From sequence record LC727701.1: 64,000 nt of DNA, one strand, 5' to 3'. The stretch's first letter is position 1. Each line of letters starts with the position of its first letter. The notes beneath the pieces are model-generated. The model saw only the letters and a list, made by a program, of their open reading frames with translations. It did no database searches and was not told the origin of the DNA. Position numbers and translations under genes: made by a program. Of the stretch, positions 1 through 11,796 are shown piece after piece.

Positions 1-129
1 CGACCATTCGTTTTATTTAAAGCAAAAAGTTTTGGTCCATTAGTTTTATCAGGAGCAAACCTAACCATTCAAGAAAAAGAATGGTTTGAAATTGTTTGTG
101 ATGTTATTAAATCAATCAAACAGAGATAA
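1..129 (+). CDS. 3' end of a hypothetical protein gene running in from upstream
   Basis: Frame 1 is open from base 1 to TAA at 127-129 (RPFVLFKAKS...VIKSIKQR), 4 nt before the next ATG. Confidence 0.6.
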   Translation, partial: RPFVLFKAKSFGPLVLSGANLTIQEKEWFEIVCDVIKSIKQR

Positions 130-133
130 CTTA

Positions 134-1060
134 ATGCATACTGAACATAGCCTTAAAATCAGTAAAAAGATTAACTTCCTTGTGCAAGTAGAAGCACGTA
201 TTAATGAACTATATCAGCAAAGACAAAATATGTCAATTGATCAATTCTCAAAAGAATTTTTCAATGAATCACCTGATGTAGTTAAACAAGCTATCACTGA
301 GCTATATACAACATATCCATTCCAAGATGAAACTAATCCAAAACGGCAAAACCTTCGTTTAGCTATATTTATCCACGATAATGATGTTAGTTGGATTAGT
401 TCAATTCTAGGCGTAGATGAATTTAATAATGTTTTAAGGCACGCAGATATTTTTTATAATTATGTTAGTAGTTGCGAGACTGTTGTTCAGCGTAATTATT
501 ATGCGTCTTTACCAGATTACCGTGGCTACATGTATGCTATCTATGAAGAGGCATTCAACCGCGTTGCCCCACTAGTCAATAAGTATTTAGATATTGATGC
601 ACATGACAGTGTTTCATTTTTAGAAACACCCCATGTTCTACCAAAAAAGAGTGTATCTATTAAAGATATTATTGATCCATTTGGTCCATATAAACCTAAT
701 TACTGTATTAGTGATATTTATAGTGCACAAGCTACACAAGTAACAGAAAATACATATATCGCAGTTAATACATTTATCCGTACTGAGGTATATGAAAGAC
801 TATGTGCTGAAGGCGATACTGTAGATAAGATTGTTATTTCAGATAAACAAAGTATTATTAATGATGAGGATTATATTAAACTAGTCCAAGATAAGATTAA
901 TGCATTCCATAAAGAAATGGTAGATAATGATTTTATACTTTATGCGCCGTTTAATATGTCCAGGTTAATTTATGTAATGAAGGCTAAATATCCGATTAAA
1001 GTTACTATTAGTTGTAAGGGATTCAAGCATATTGGAAAATTTATTGCTTATAAAAAATAG
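134..1060 (+). CDS. Hypothetical phage protein (~308 aa)
   Basis: Long ORF; ATG at 134 preferred to the track's TTG at 86, which overlaps the upstream gene; no motif recognised. Confidence 0.75.
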   Translation: MHTEHSLKISKKINFLVQVEARINELYQQRQNMSIDQFSKEFFNESPDVVKQAITELYTTYPFQDETNPKRQNLRLAIFIHDNDVSWISSILGVDEFNNVLRHADIFYNYVSSCETVVQRNYYASLPDYRGYMYAIYEEAFNRVAPLVNKYLDIDAHDSVSFLETPHVLPKKSVSIKDIIDPFGPYKPNYCISDIYSAQATQVTENTYIAVNTFIRTEVYERLCAEGDTVDKIVISDKQSIINDEDYIKLVQDKINAFHKEMVDNDFILYAPFNMSRLIYVMKAKYPIKVTISCKGFKHIGKFIAYKK

Positions 1061-1070
1061 TAGTTTTTAA

Positions 1071-2207
<1,137 letters not shown>

Positions 2208-2210
2208 CAG

Positions 2211-2250
2211 CATAAGCCCTCCCATTACGGGAGGGCATTATGTCTTTTTT
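2211..2250. terminator. Bidirectional intrinsic terminator between convergent genes
   Basis: CATAA-GCCCTCCC-ATTAC-GGGAGGGC-ATTATG then poly-T. Confidence 0.85.
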
Positions 2251-2258
2251 TTTATTTT

Positions 2259-3071
2259 TTAACGCATGAAGCCAGGGCGTCTATGTTTAACTGGTGAAAT
2301 ATCCCAGCCAAGACTTTTTGCTAGATCCGTCACGTTGGTGATGTCAGAACATTCAAAACCCATGTTAATTTGACGTTCACGTTCACGCTGTACCTGATAT
2401 AGAGTATCAGGCGTGATAACCATTAATTGATCTTCATAGTTCTCTAATGCAGGGGAATTCCATTTATTAGCACCGTAAATACCACCTTCCCCAACCATAT
2501 CCCAAGTTGAAATCTCACGGGTATATTTGATACCGCGCATAGGATCATCTTGAGTTATTGACCTTACCGAGCAATAAGTATTCTGAGAAGGATTGGTAAT
2601 AGATGCTTCGAAGTACTTACCAAAAGGACCGTATGGTTTGCATTTGCCAAGTACTAGTTTAATAGGAAGACCTTTCTCATCTGTAGAATCAACCAGAATA
2701 AGTTCCTTAATATGCGCACACACACGATCATCATCGATTTGACGAATTCGCATTAGGTACTCATGTTCATTCATCCGTGTGCCATCTTTACGATAGGGTT
2801 CAGGGTGTTTGTATTCCATGAATAGAACACCCTTTTTAACACGGCGCATTAAAGGTGAGTCTGGATTAAACATAGATACGCCGGATGCCATTTCATAGAA
2901 CATACCAGCTGAATTTCGGGTACCATAAGCTCCTAGTGGAGTTAGATAGTAACCATCCGCATCAGGTACTAATACACCTTTTTTATTAGTACCGGCTAAC
3001 ATATCACTGCCGATAACTACTTGGTTATTAGTACGCTGTTGCAAACCAGAAAAATTAGAATATGGTTGCAT
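2259..3071 (-). CDS. Prohead (head maturation) serine protease, phiKZ gp175-like
   Basis: 270 aa; His89 (EYKHP), Ser168 (CSVRS), and ALE ending at residue 210, matching the recalled gp175 catalytic residues and C-terminal autocleavage site. Confidence 0.93.
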   Translation of the reverse strand: MQPYSNFSGLQQRTNNQVVIGSDMLAGTNKKGVLVPDADGYYLTPLGAYGTRNSAGMFYEMASGVSMFNPDSPLMRRVKKGVLFMEYKHPEPYRKDGTRMNEHEYLMRIRQIDDDRVCAHIKELILVDSTDEKGLPIKLVLGKCKPYGPFGKYFEASITNPSQNTYCSVRSITQDDPMRGIKYTREISTWDMVGEGGIYGANKWNSPALENYEDQLMVITPDTLYQVQRERERQINMGFECSDITNVTDLAKSLGWDISPVKHRRPGFMR

Positions 3072-3082
3072 AACGCAACTCC

Positions 3083-3811
3083 TTAGGTCCTGAGGAGTTC
3101 TTCAATAAGCTCTACTGACTCAGATGGGTTAACAAGTGCTGATGTGATACCTTGATCAAAATAAGCCCCATTGAGTTTTGATGTTGTGTCTGAAGTATTC
3201 CAGATAACTGAACGGAATGGTACGTCGACTGGTGGATTATCCACGATATCACTGTGTCTAGTTAACACATGTCGATATAGTTGTGATATATCATCCGAGG
3301 CACGCTGAGTGGTTGAAATAATAAGTTGTAATGTAGGCCATCCACCAAGGTTAACACCAGCGTGTAAATTAGCTGTCTCAAATAATTTGGCTTTGTCATA
3401 ATAGTTAATATACCAAGGGAAGTTTCCTTTGTTAATTAACTCATCATAGACATAGTAAGTTAATGTATCATTAACAACTAAGTAAGTATTCTGGAAAATC
3501 TTACTACCTTTATCAAAATGAAATTCTAGATAAACTTCACCATTGATGTGGACGCGTTCAGTAGAGATTGGATTTATCCGCATCATTGCAATGGTATTAT
3601 TTACTGCGTAATATTCATCATTAAAAATAATAGGAAATATACCAATAGTGAATACTTCACTACCAATAACAGCTAGATGTCTTCCTGTAAATCTTTCTGG
3701 AATCTGTATTTTACATGGGGCATTAGTTACTACTGAATTATCTTCTAAATCAGTTAGATGACTGTGGACCCGTTCTGGATCCCGTCGAAGAGAACGTACG
3801 TCCATTATCAT
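3083..3811 (-). CDS. phiKZ gp176-like virion protein, proposed accessory (omega-like) vRNAP subunit
   Basis: 242 aa, directly upstream of the protease in the vRNAP operon; role taken from recalled SPN3US gp244 work. Confidence 0.7.
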   Translation of the reverse strand: MIMDVRSLRRDPERVHSHLTDLEDNSVVTNAPCKIQIPERFTGRHLAVIGSEVFTIGIFPIIFNDEYYAVNNTIAMMRINPISTERVHINGEVYLEFHFDKGSKIFQNTYLVVNDTLTYYVYDELINKGNFPWYINYYDKAKLFETANLHAGVNLGGWPTLQLIISTTQRASDDISQLYRHVLTRHSDIVDNPPVDVPFRSVIWNTSDTTSKLNGAYFDQGITSALVNPSESVELIEELLRT

Positions 3812-3958
3812 GTCCTAATTGTTCATTTATGTAAAGATTAAAATACTTAATCAAAATCATGCACCTTTAAATATTCGCTGTATTACTCCGGTATCCTTCC
3901 AAATACCGGAGTTTATCATCGATTGCATGTTTTAATGATTATTAACCATTAAGATAAT

Positions 3959-5518
3959 TTAATTAGAAACTTCTTCTTCGATTTCAACATTATCTAAAGT
4001 TTCAGTGCTATCATCTTCTACAGTTTCAATAACTTCTTTTACTGGTAGTTTTGCATAAGGATCAACAACACCAGTGAACCGCTCAACTTTAATCTGTTGA
4101 GACAGCCATGCTGCCATTAGTGAAATTAGTGATTGTGTATTGAGTTCACGTAGAGTGGCCTCAGGATACATTTGACTAAATTCATCAACTGCTAGCAGAT
4201 ATTGCCAGTAAACATTTTCTGTAAAGAATGTTTTACAGATAAGTTTACCAAAGGTGATATAAGGATTCTTAAGATCTTCAGTCGTCATCGTACTCATTGC
4301 TTCTTTAATACGATATTCGAGTTCATTAACATGGCGATCTTTAAGTTCAGTATTAATGACACCATCCATAAATGATTCATGAATGTCATTGCGTAGTTTA
4401 CGTAAACCTTTATCCATAGCCGATTGTTTAATCAGCGGATATACTGATAGCCAACGTTGAATAAACTGTTCTGAGTTATTAAGAATCTGTTCTAGGTAAA
4501 TGTTATTACTACCTGCTACAGCTGCACCAAGGATAGCTTGGATGTCACCACCGGCTAATTCAAATTGAGGTGCAACATCACCATTAATGATTACTTTGCA
4601 ACGAGAATTAGCAACTACATTATTAGCTTCTGAGGCTAGGATGAGTAGACCTGCATCACGATCAGCTTGACGACGTTCATAAGCACGCTTGAGATAGAAT
4701 CCAAACATCTCATGTAGTTTACGAATAGTTAGTGACCATGTTTCTAGGTCAACATCACTCTCGCCAATAACTTCAACCGGGTTATCGATGTAGTGACCGC
4801 AAATCATGTAAGCCAGAGCTAGTGAATCAACAGTGAATGGGAAGGACCTACCCACAACATATTCAAGTTCACCTGGAATGAGAAGACGACCATCATTGAA
4901 GATAGAATTCCACACACCTTCAATAACAGCGGCACTATTAGGAATAGATAGTAGCCATTCTTCAACTTCAGTTTGATCTAGATGCGGATTACCCATTGAC
5001 ACTAACCGAATAATTTCATTAGCATCAATTGATTCTAGAATAAAGGTACGATACTCAGGTAGCGGCTGTAAATTATTGTATCGTGTACTAACGTGTGCAG
5101 TTAAGCGGGGATCACTATGAACTGCATTATAGTGGTAGAATGTAGCGCTTACATCTGGTTGACAACTAATGCTTTGACGCTCATTAAAAACACGTACCAT
5201 ATATTCAATTGCAGGGCAAATAACATTCTGCGTATTGAATTGGATCTTTTGTAATGATGAGCAGACATGTGCAATCAGAGCTTCTTGCTCTTCTTCTACA
5301 CTAACAGGTTGCTCTTGGTTAGCTTCCTCGAAGAACTCTTCTACAGATGCTTCCAGCTCTTCAGAGAGGGCAACTTTATTAGAGTTGCCATCTACACTGA
5401 AACCATCTGCAAAGACCGCAAGGGGATATGTTTCATTAGGGATAACTAGAACAAGGTTATCCTCAGTTAGACTACGTGCTGAGCCAACAATCGCAGCTTG
5501 GGTTTCTTTACAGAACAT
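3959..5518 (-). CDS. phiKZ gp177-like virion/head protein
   Basis: 519 aa, AAGGAG RBS, acidic N- and C-terminal segments, synteny. Confidence 0.75.
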   Translation of the reverse strand: MFCKETQAAIVGSARSLTEDNLVLVIPNETYPLAVFADGFSVDGNSNKVALSEELEASVEEFFEEANQEQPVSVEEEQEALIAHVCSSLQKIQFNTQNVICPAIEYMVRVFNERQSISCQPDVSATFYHYNAVHSDPRLTAHVSTRYNNLQPLPEYRTFILESIDANEIIRLVSMGNPHLDQTEVEEWLLSIPNSAAVIEGVWNSIFNDGRLLIPGELEYVVGRSFPFTVDSLALAYMICGHYIDNPVEVIGESDVDLETWSLTIRKLHEMFGFYLKRAYERRQADRDAGLLILASEANNVVANSRCKVIINGDVAPQFELAGGDIQAILGAAVAGSNNIYLEQILNNSEQFIQRWLSVYPLIKQSAMDKGLRKLRNDIHESFMDGVINTELKDRHVNELEYRIKEAMSTMTTEDLKNPYITFGKLICKTFFTENVYWQYLLAVDEFSQMYPEATLRELNTQSLISLMAAWLSQQIKVERFTGVVDPYAKLPVKEVIETVEDDSTETLDNVEIEEEVSN

Positions 5519-5529
5519 TTTAACACTCC

Positions 5530-5727
5530 TTAGATATTGAGGTTCTTCATTAAGCGAGCGTTTAAAGCTGCTGCAATATCAGCCTCAGTTAAAAACTCCC
5601 CATTCAGAGATGGGGAGCTGGTGGTGCCACCAAGCGATTGTAGAATTGCTTGAGTACCTAGTTTAACAGCAGCATGAAGAACAGCAATGTTCTGACCATG
5701 TGCTACATTATTACTTAGCTTTTGCAT
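5530..5727 (-). CDS. Small 65-aa protein overlapping the 3' end of the vRNAP beta gene
   Basis: AGAGGA RBS 7 nt before ATG; 17-nt overlap with beta gene; fills the gap to gp177-like. Confidence 0.75.
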   Translation of the reverse strand: MQKLSNNVAHGQNIAVLHAAVKLGTQAILQSLGGTTSSPSLNGEFLTEADIAAALNARLMKNLNI

Positions 5728-8700
5728 TAGTGTTTCCTCTATATACAGCTACAAGATGTTTTCCAGCTGCCCACAAGATACCAGTTGTTGTAGCAATGAT
5801 TTTAGGAGATAGAACCATTCGTTCTTCTACCGATGTATTACCGAATAGTAGATCAATATTACGGCCATCTTCAGTTTCATTACGTCCAGTCATTACACGG
5901 GAGAATACCGTTTTCATCTGGTTAGCTACTACGCCTTTATCTCCAACACCACATGGGATATCATGATCGATATACACTCGAATAATCATGTGGTCATATT
6001 CTAAGGCTCGTCCTTTCACTCGATAGTTAGCATCTACTTGTCCAGTGAAAGTAGGTTCTTTCAATGATTTAGCTCGTTCAGCGCGTTGTTTATCTGACGT
6101 ATTAGCTAATGCTTGTAAACTTGGTGTCATATCGTCTATTTCACCATGATAGAAGCATTCAATCTTTGATACTGTACCTACGAGCTTAGCACGTGGCGAA
6201 TATGCTGATAGTTTGCGTAATGTCTCAATAGATGCCTCGTCATATAGTGAGTGAGCAGCTGTTTCAGGATCTTCAATTATACATAGAATTGAATTTAAGT
6301 CGACATGATCCCCAACTTTCACCATATCTCGAATAGTCTGATCAAACCTAACATCGATATTCTTGATTGCAGTTGTTTGAGTATTTAACCTTTTAGCTAG
6401 GTCTTCAGAAATAACTGAACCGTCTTCTAAAGTGTCAAGGTTATCATCAAATGCTACAACAGCCATACAACCGGCTTTCCATAATACTTGCCCAGGCGTA
6501 TACCTATCTTCAGAGAAATAACGTTTGTTATATGTGATAGTATCTCCACGTTTAAACTTATCACCTTTCTTTAATGAGGTAACAAGAATGTGTGGATAGT
6601 TAACACCAGCTGCTGTGCCATGAACTGTACCTAATTGATATCCAAATACATTACCATCGGCATATTTAACTTGGATACCATATTCATCAATAGCTACAAC
6701 CTCACCATCTTGTTCTGCTGCTACAGCAAAGATAGAACTAGTCCTTTGGGCTATGATTTGTTCATAGCCTGTACGAACTGGTGTAACTGTATACCCATCA
6801 GCATAAATACCTTGCTGCTGCTGAATTGAGATAAAGTTAATTCGCTTAGGGTCATCATGTTCGGTTGCAACACCAAGCAGTGCACTAGTTGAGAGTAGTC
6901 TAGCTGGCCCATCTGTCTTTGGATCAAACATACGCGTAACACCACGCATGTTTACAAAGTTAGCATCAGGTACTAAGTAAGCAATAACACCAACGTCACC
7001 TGAGTCCACAGTTGATTCACTGACCACACCAACATCCGCTTCACCGTAAATACGTGTACGTGCAACCATTGAAGTTGGACCGCGTCCACCATCTCCACGA
7101 TAAGTCATCGCTTCTTGTTCACGGATATTTGCAATGGGGTTAGAATCTTCAATAGTGGCTACTGTCGGATCTTGTACAATCTTGCGCCAGATCACGTGTG
7201 GATCTAACTCGACAGTTTGCACTGACCCACCATTACGCATATTAAATACACGTACCGCTCTATTGAGTTCATTAAAAATAGCCCCTGCCATGCGCTCATA
7301 ACCACGATAGCGCATATATGCACCATCTACTTCTGCTGGACTCCAGTCGTTCGTTAATAACTCGACAGACCGATAAAGCAATCCTTCAAAAGTAGTTGGT
7401 TCACCCATCTCCTTGAGTAGACCCTCAGTGATTGGATCGACCCATGCTGAGAAGAGTGTATCAATATCACGTGTAAATCTATTACTTAATCCAGCTTCTT
7501 CAAGAACCCTGAAGTAAACATCTCGTTTATTGAAATCATAAACAGAATAACGCCGCAGTGATTTATGATAACGTTTGAGTCCACTTAATACAAGCATTGC
7601 TTTATAATCAGCTCGATCAAATACTAGGATCTCATCAGCGAACGCTAATGTATAATCCGTACTATTGACAACAATCCTGGTACCACGCTGATGACGCTGA
7701 TAATTAACATTCAACTTCTTAAGTAGATTGTTTAAGCCATGGTGATATGCTAAAATGAAACCTAATGGTAGCTCTTTACCACCAATTGACATTAGAATAG
7801 CTTCTAACGGCGCTTTGGTTAGATCTAAGCCAAGTATATCTGTAATGGTACCAATAGGTTCTAGCTCATTACCTGTTTTCATGTAAAAGATGGAATTCTT
7901 ATCTAACAAGATAGCATCAGTGCAATTGAACCCCACCATTATCAAATCATCAGTTTCATAATCTACGATATGTAATCCTTGTTTTGCAAAGAATTCATTA
8001 CGATCTTTGAAATTAAAATAGAACACATTACGGTGATTATGGAAGCCTTTAAAAGCTGTTCCTAAAGTAGTGTACACCCTTGGTAGAACATAGTTGGATT
8101 GATCTAATTCAGCATAGGTAACTGAATGTACAGACATATCACTTCCATCTAATGCACGGTTGGTAATCGCTCTGATTAACCAATTATCAAAGTTGTTTTC
8201 AGCACGTTCAGATCTGGTCACAAAGGTCTTATTATAATAAGAGGTCAATGCAACTTTACGTGGATTAACTTTACGAATTGGAATATCAGCACGTTGTAAA
8301 CGTTGGCGATATGTTACCCCATTAGACATGAACCTACCGTCATTATCAATGACAGGGATACGGAACATTACTTGTGAACTTCTACCACGAATAGGCTTTA
8401 ATGTAACTTTGTGGATTTGGTAATGGTTACCAGAATCGCGTACAGTTTCAATTTTGTAATTAGTTACTGATACGCCTTGTTTCTGAACAGATAACACACT
8501 GTTTAAAATATCTTTCTTTAATAAGACCTTGTTGTATTTGCGTTGGATGGCTTTTAACTTACTACCCAACATTGATTTATCAACAATGGTTGGCTTATCT
8601 TCAAAAGTGGTGTCTTCTGGAATCTTAAGATCATCTGGATGATATTCCATCGCCTCAGCGATCGTCATAGGTTCTACTGATTCATCATTAGGATCGGTAA

Positions 8701-10066
8701 ATGGATCAGGTAGACGACGATACATAATCGAATCTTCTTGAGCTTGCTCGAATGTATTCGCAGAAATCATATTCACGCGATACATGTCGTATGCTTTAGC
8801 TCTAATGGCATCGATTAGTTTATCTTCTTCATCAACTTCAGTATTGATGAATAACTCATCTTCTGGTACATCTGTTACAATGAGTTCCTTCTCTTCTTTA
8901 ATTTGGCGAGAAGGTGAAGATTCCAGTGGATCTTTTTCAATGATAAGCTTTGTTACCTCAAGATCACTTTCTGGTGGTGGGGTATATGTTACCTCAATTG
9001 CGCCAATATCAATTAAGTTAGTTAAGTTGGTTGGGTCAAATTGAACATCATCAATAACATCAACTTCAGTTACTTCTTCTTCAACGTTATTAGACTCAAC
9101 ATCCTCAACCTCTTCTGCTTCACCTTCTTCATAACTAACCGGAGTTTCTTCATCAACAATAATATCTTCATTAAAGATAGGCGTATCTTCTTTAATTAAT
9201 GAAGTATTACCTTGGTTATATTCAACCATCGCTGATACTAGTGAAATAAGGCGCCTAGCTATTTGCTGGGTATCATAACCTTTATCATCTTTAATTTCTG
9301 GATCACGACGCCATTGATCAAGCATCCCTAAGTTAATAATAAAGAATGAACTTTGTACACGGAATAAAAGATTAATGTTACCGTAATACTTAGCATCGAT
9401 GACATTCATGAAAGAACTTTCACGATCATCAGAAACCCAGCGAACTAAATCAAATATATTTAGAATATCAGGTGTATTGAATTGATTAGCTAGATCTTGA
9501 GTTAAACCCCCTCGTAGTTTATTAAAAGAAGAAGGAGGTGGAACTAACTCAGGTAAGTGTACATCAATGAACTGGTTCCAACCAGGAAAACGTTCACATG
9601 CAGCCGCTACGCCACTCCAGAATGTACGCATGTCATTTGACCAACGGAACCATGTAGCTTTATAAGAAGCCATATAATTCCATTGAGGGTTAATTAAATT
9701 ATAATTCATTACCAGAATGTTCTGGTTTGATAATTTAAAACCGGTATCACTGCGTAAAGGTTTAAAGAAACGGTTCTGGCGGCGAAACTCTTGAATCATT
9801 GTTGCTGGGATATTTGAAGTCCTACGTGGATTACCTTCAAATGTAAGCATATCAGTAACATGCTCAATATATACTTTACCTTGATGTTTGGAGAATAATG
9901 GGTCTGTTTGACTAGGACCCATTACTGCATTATTACCATCGAAGAACTGATAAATGGATTCGAAAGGTAGATCAAGTTTATTTAGAGCATGCAACTTAGG
10001 TGACTGAAGTTTAGCATATTCGCGTACACTATAATTTTTCAGAAACTGTGTAATATTTAAGCGCAT
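5711..10066 (-). CDS. Virion RNA polymerase beta subunit (phiKZ gp178-like)
   Basis: 1451 aa; beta motifs GDKGVVANQMKT, LDTLEDGSVISEDL, RINFISIQQQQ; long non-bacterial N-terminal region. Confidence 0.92.
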   Translation of the reverse strand: MRLNITQFLKNYSVREYAKLQSPKLHALNKLDLPFESIYQFFDGNNAVMGPSQTDPLFSKHQGKVYIEHVTDMLTFEGNPRRTSNIPATMIQEFRRQNRFFKPLRSDTGFKLSNQNILVMNYNLINPQWNYMASYKATWFRWSNDMRTFWSGVAAACERFPGWNQFIDVHLPELVPPPSSFNKLRGGLTQDLANQFNTPDILNIFDLVRWVSDDRESSFMNVIDAKYYGNINLLFRVQSSFFIINLGMLDQWRRDPEIKDDKGYDTQQIARRLISLVSAMVEYNQGNTSLIKEDTPIFNEDIIVDEETPVSYEEGEAEEVEDVESNNVEEEVTEVDVIDDVQFDPTNLTNLIDIGAIEVTYTPPPESDLEVTKLIIEKDPLESSPSRQIKEEKELIVTDVPEDELFINTEVDEEDKLIDAIRAKAYDMYRVNMISANTFEQAQEDSIMYRRLPDPFTDPNDESVEPMTIAEAMEYHPDDLKIPEDTTFEDKPTIVDKSMLGSKLKAIQRKYNKVLLKKDILNSVLSVQKQGVSVTNYKIETVRDSGNHYQIHKVTLKPIRGRSSQVMFRIPVIDNDGRFMSNGVTYRQRLQRADIPIRKVNPRKVALTSYYNKTFVTRSERAENNFDNWLIRAITNRALDGSDMSVHSVTYAELDQSNYVLPRVYTTLGTAFKGFHNHRNVFYFNFKDRNEFFAKQGLHIVDYETDDLIMVGFNCTDAILLDKNSIFYMKTGNELEPIGTITDILGLDLTKAPLEAILMSIGGKELPLGFILAYHHGLNNLLKKLNVNYQRHQRGTRIVVNSTDYTLAFADEILVFDRADYKAMLVLSGLKRYHKSLRRYSVYDFNKRDVYFRVLEEAGLSNRFTRDIDTLFSAWVDPITEGLLKEMGEPTTFEGLLYRSVELLTNDWSPAEVDGAYMRYRGYERMAGAIFNELNRAVRVFNMRNGGSVQTVELDPHVIWRKIVQDPTVATIEDSNPIANIREQEAMTYRGDGGRGPTSMVARTRIYGEADVGVVSESTVDSGDVGVIAYLVPDANFVNMRGVTRMFDPKTDGPARLLSTSALLGVATEHDDPKRINFISIQQQQGIYADGYTVTPVRTGYEQIIAQRTSSIFAVAAEQDGEVVAIDEYGIQVKYADGNVFGYQLGTVHGTAAGVNYPHILVTSLKKGDKFKRGDTITYNKRYFSEDRYTPGQVLWKAGCMAVVAFDDNLDTLEDGSVISEDLAKRLNTQTTAIKNIDVRFDQTIRDMVKVGDHVDLNSILCIIEDPETAAHSLYDEASIETLRKLSAYSPRAKLVGTVSKIECFYHGEIDDMTPSLQALANTSDKQRAERAKSLKEPTFTGQVDANYRVKGRALEYDHMIIRVYIDHDIPCGVGDKGVVANQMKTVFSRVMTGRNETEDGRNIDLLFGNTSVEERMVLSPKIIATTTGILWAAGKHLVAVYRGNTNAKAK

Positions 10067-10068
10067 GA

Positions 10069-11721
10069 TTAATCCCTTTGTTTGGGTTCCCCAGTCATGT
10101 ACCGAAGAGTTAAATTGAGTGTATGGACACCAACACTAAATGCCAGTCGACCATCGGCATGTATATATGCAATACGTTTCTTAAAGAAAGCATCTGTTTC
10201 AGCGATAGCTTCCTCTGAATAAACTGCGTTAAATGATACAGTGTCCCCGTCGAAATCCGCCCCCAATGGCGCGAGAATAGAAGGAGAGATGGATACTGAG
10301 TCATGCCACTGGGCTGGTTTATTTAATTCAAACACAGGGAATTCTAAGGCTGGTTCCAACGTATCATCACGTTCCCATTGATCATTTAACGGATAACGTA
10401 ATTCACCCACTACGGTTGTTTTAACATACATCTTACAGGGGATAGAGCTATTGTAGTTTTCTACAGGATATCGTGTAACAAACGCTGAGTTTGTTCGCCA
10501 CATACTTAATCCACTAAGGTAAACTAATTCGGCATAAGTAATAGGTCTAACAAATTTCTTATTTAGATTAGTAGGTAACTCATCGATGTTGCGGAATATT
10601 TTAAAATTCTGTTTATCATCAACGTAAATAAGGGCTAGATAATGATCAGCAATTTCAATTGCACGTGAGCGTTTTTCAATGACATCTAGCTCATTGATGA
10701 TTTGTTCTTGCCCTTCAGGAGTTCCCCATAAATCCATATCTTCGTTAGAGATATCGACCCATTCTAAACGTAGTGTTTTCTTATTGATGAGCTGTACAGT
10801 GTTAGTAACTGTATCAAACACTTCACCAACTACACCTTGCCTTAGTGCAAAGATTGTACGCGGTGCAACTGAACGAGCTGCTTGATGTAAGCCAACTACG
10901 GCATCTTTGAATGTTGGTCGATTAGGTGAATCAAGATCAGCAGCATTAGTATCTAGCGAACTAATGACGTTACGTGTACCATTGGCAATACGACGGGATG
11001 CCCATTTAGATTGAATGTATCCACGTTTACCGGATAGCAGTCGTTCATAATGTTCATAAATAGCTAATACGGTGTTTTGCATTGCTACTCGTTTGCGATC
11101 ATAGATACTCAAGTCATCATTTGGTCCAAAGCTATCAGGTACACCAAACGACTGATTTAATAGATACCTATAGTGTTCATTGATCTCATCCATCTCAACA
11201 CGATTATTCTCATCAATCTCTGCATCACGATAAGCGGCTGGTGTTACAAGCATGTCTTTAAAAATACAGTTATCTTTATATTTTTCGATTAATTGTAACC
11301 TTGATAGCCGAACCCCTGACTTAGTGGACCCAAAGTCAATTCGTTTCCAGTTATCAAAAAAGAATGTATAACCAGTTTTACCAGTTAGTTCATCGGCGCG
11401 GATAAAATCTTTAATAGATTCGTCAAATACTGCAAATGCCTTACCAAGAATAATTTCTTCATAGAAAGCTTTTAATTTAATTAAGTTTCGATATACAGCT
11501 GGATGGATAAGTTCTAAACCTAAATGAATATATCCAAATAAACTCTCACGATCAGTTGATCCAACTCTTCCAAAAATGGAAACAGAGAACAAACCATCTT
11601 CATGAAAGTTACCACCTAAACCTTCAAATATCTCATGACTCTTTACTTGACCTAAGAACTTTAATTGTTCTTTAGTGGGAATAAGTAAAGAAATATTAAA
11701 AGGAACTAATGCCTTCTTCAT
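10069..11721 (-). CDS. Virion RNA polymerase beta-prime subunit with catalytic DxDGD (phiKZ gp180-like)
   Basis: 550 aa; LGADFDGDT metal-binding motif, GLFSVSIFG, LLSGKRGYIQ, RNVISS. Confidence 0.93.
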   Translation of the reverse strand: MKKALVPFNISLLIPTKEQLKFLGQVKSHEIFEGLGGNFHEDGLFSVSIFGRVGSTDRESLFGYIHLGLELIHPAVYRNLIKLKAFYEEIILGKAFAVFDESIKDFIRADELTGKTGYTFFFDNWKRIDFGSTKSGVRLSRLQLIEKYKDNCIFKDMLVTPAAYRDAEIDENNRVEMDEINEHYRYLLNQSFGVPDSFGPNDDLSIYDRKRVAMQNTVLAIYEHYERLLSGKRGYIQSKWASRRIANGTRNVISSLDTNAADLDSPNRPTFKDAVVGLHQAARSVAPRTIFALRQGVVGEVFDTVTNTVQLINKKTLRLEWVDISNEDMDLWGTPEGQEQIINELDVIEKRSRAIEIADHYLALIYVDDKQNFKIFRNIDELPTNLNKKFVRPITYAELVYLSGLSMWRTNSAFVTRYPVENYNSSIPCKMYVKTTVVGELRYPLNDQWERDDTLEPALEFPVFELNKPAQWHDSVSISPSILAPLGADFDGDTVSFNAVYSEEAIAETDAFFKKRIAYIHADGRLAFSVGVHTLNLTLRYMTGEPKQRD

Positions 11722-11796
11722 TTTCTATTTTCCTATTTTGGTAATACTAAGTTAAACAACGATATGATACTTTACTAATCGTCAATGGAGTTTAAT

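Noticed and set aside
5235-5966. Plus-strand ORFs 5235..5540, 5267..5449 and 5700..5966
   Set aside because: Antisense shadows of well-supported minus-strand genes; no RBS; Ser/Leu-rich composition typical of off-frame translation
6635-10885. Short ORFs within the vRNAP genes (6635, 6751, 8784, 10110, 10679)
   Set aside because: Fully nested in long conserved polymerase ORFs, with no coding signature
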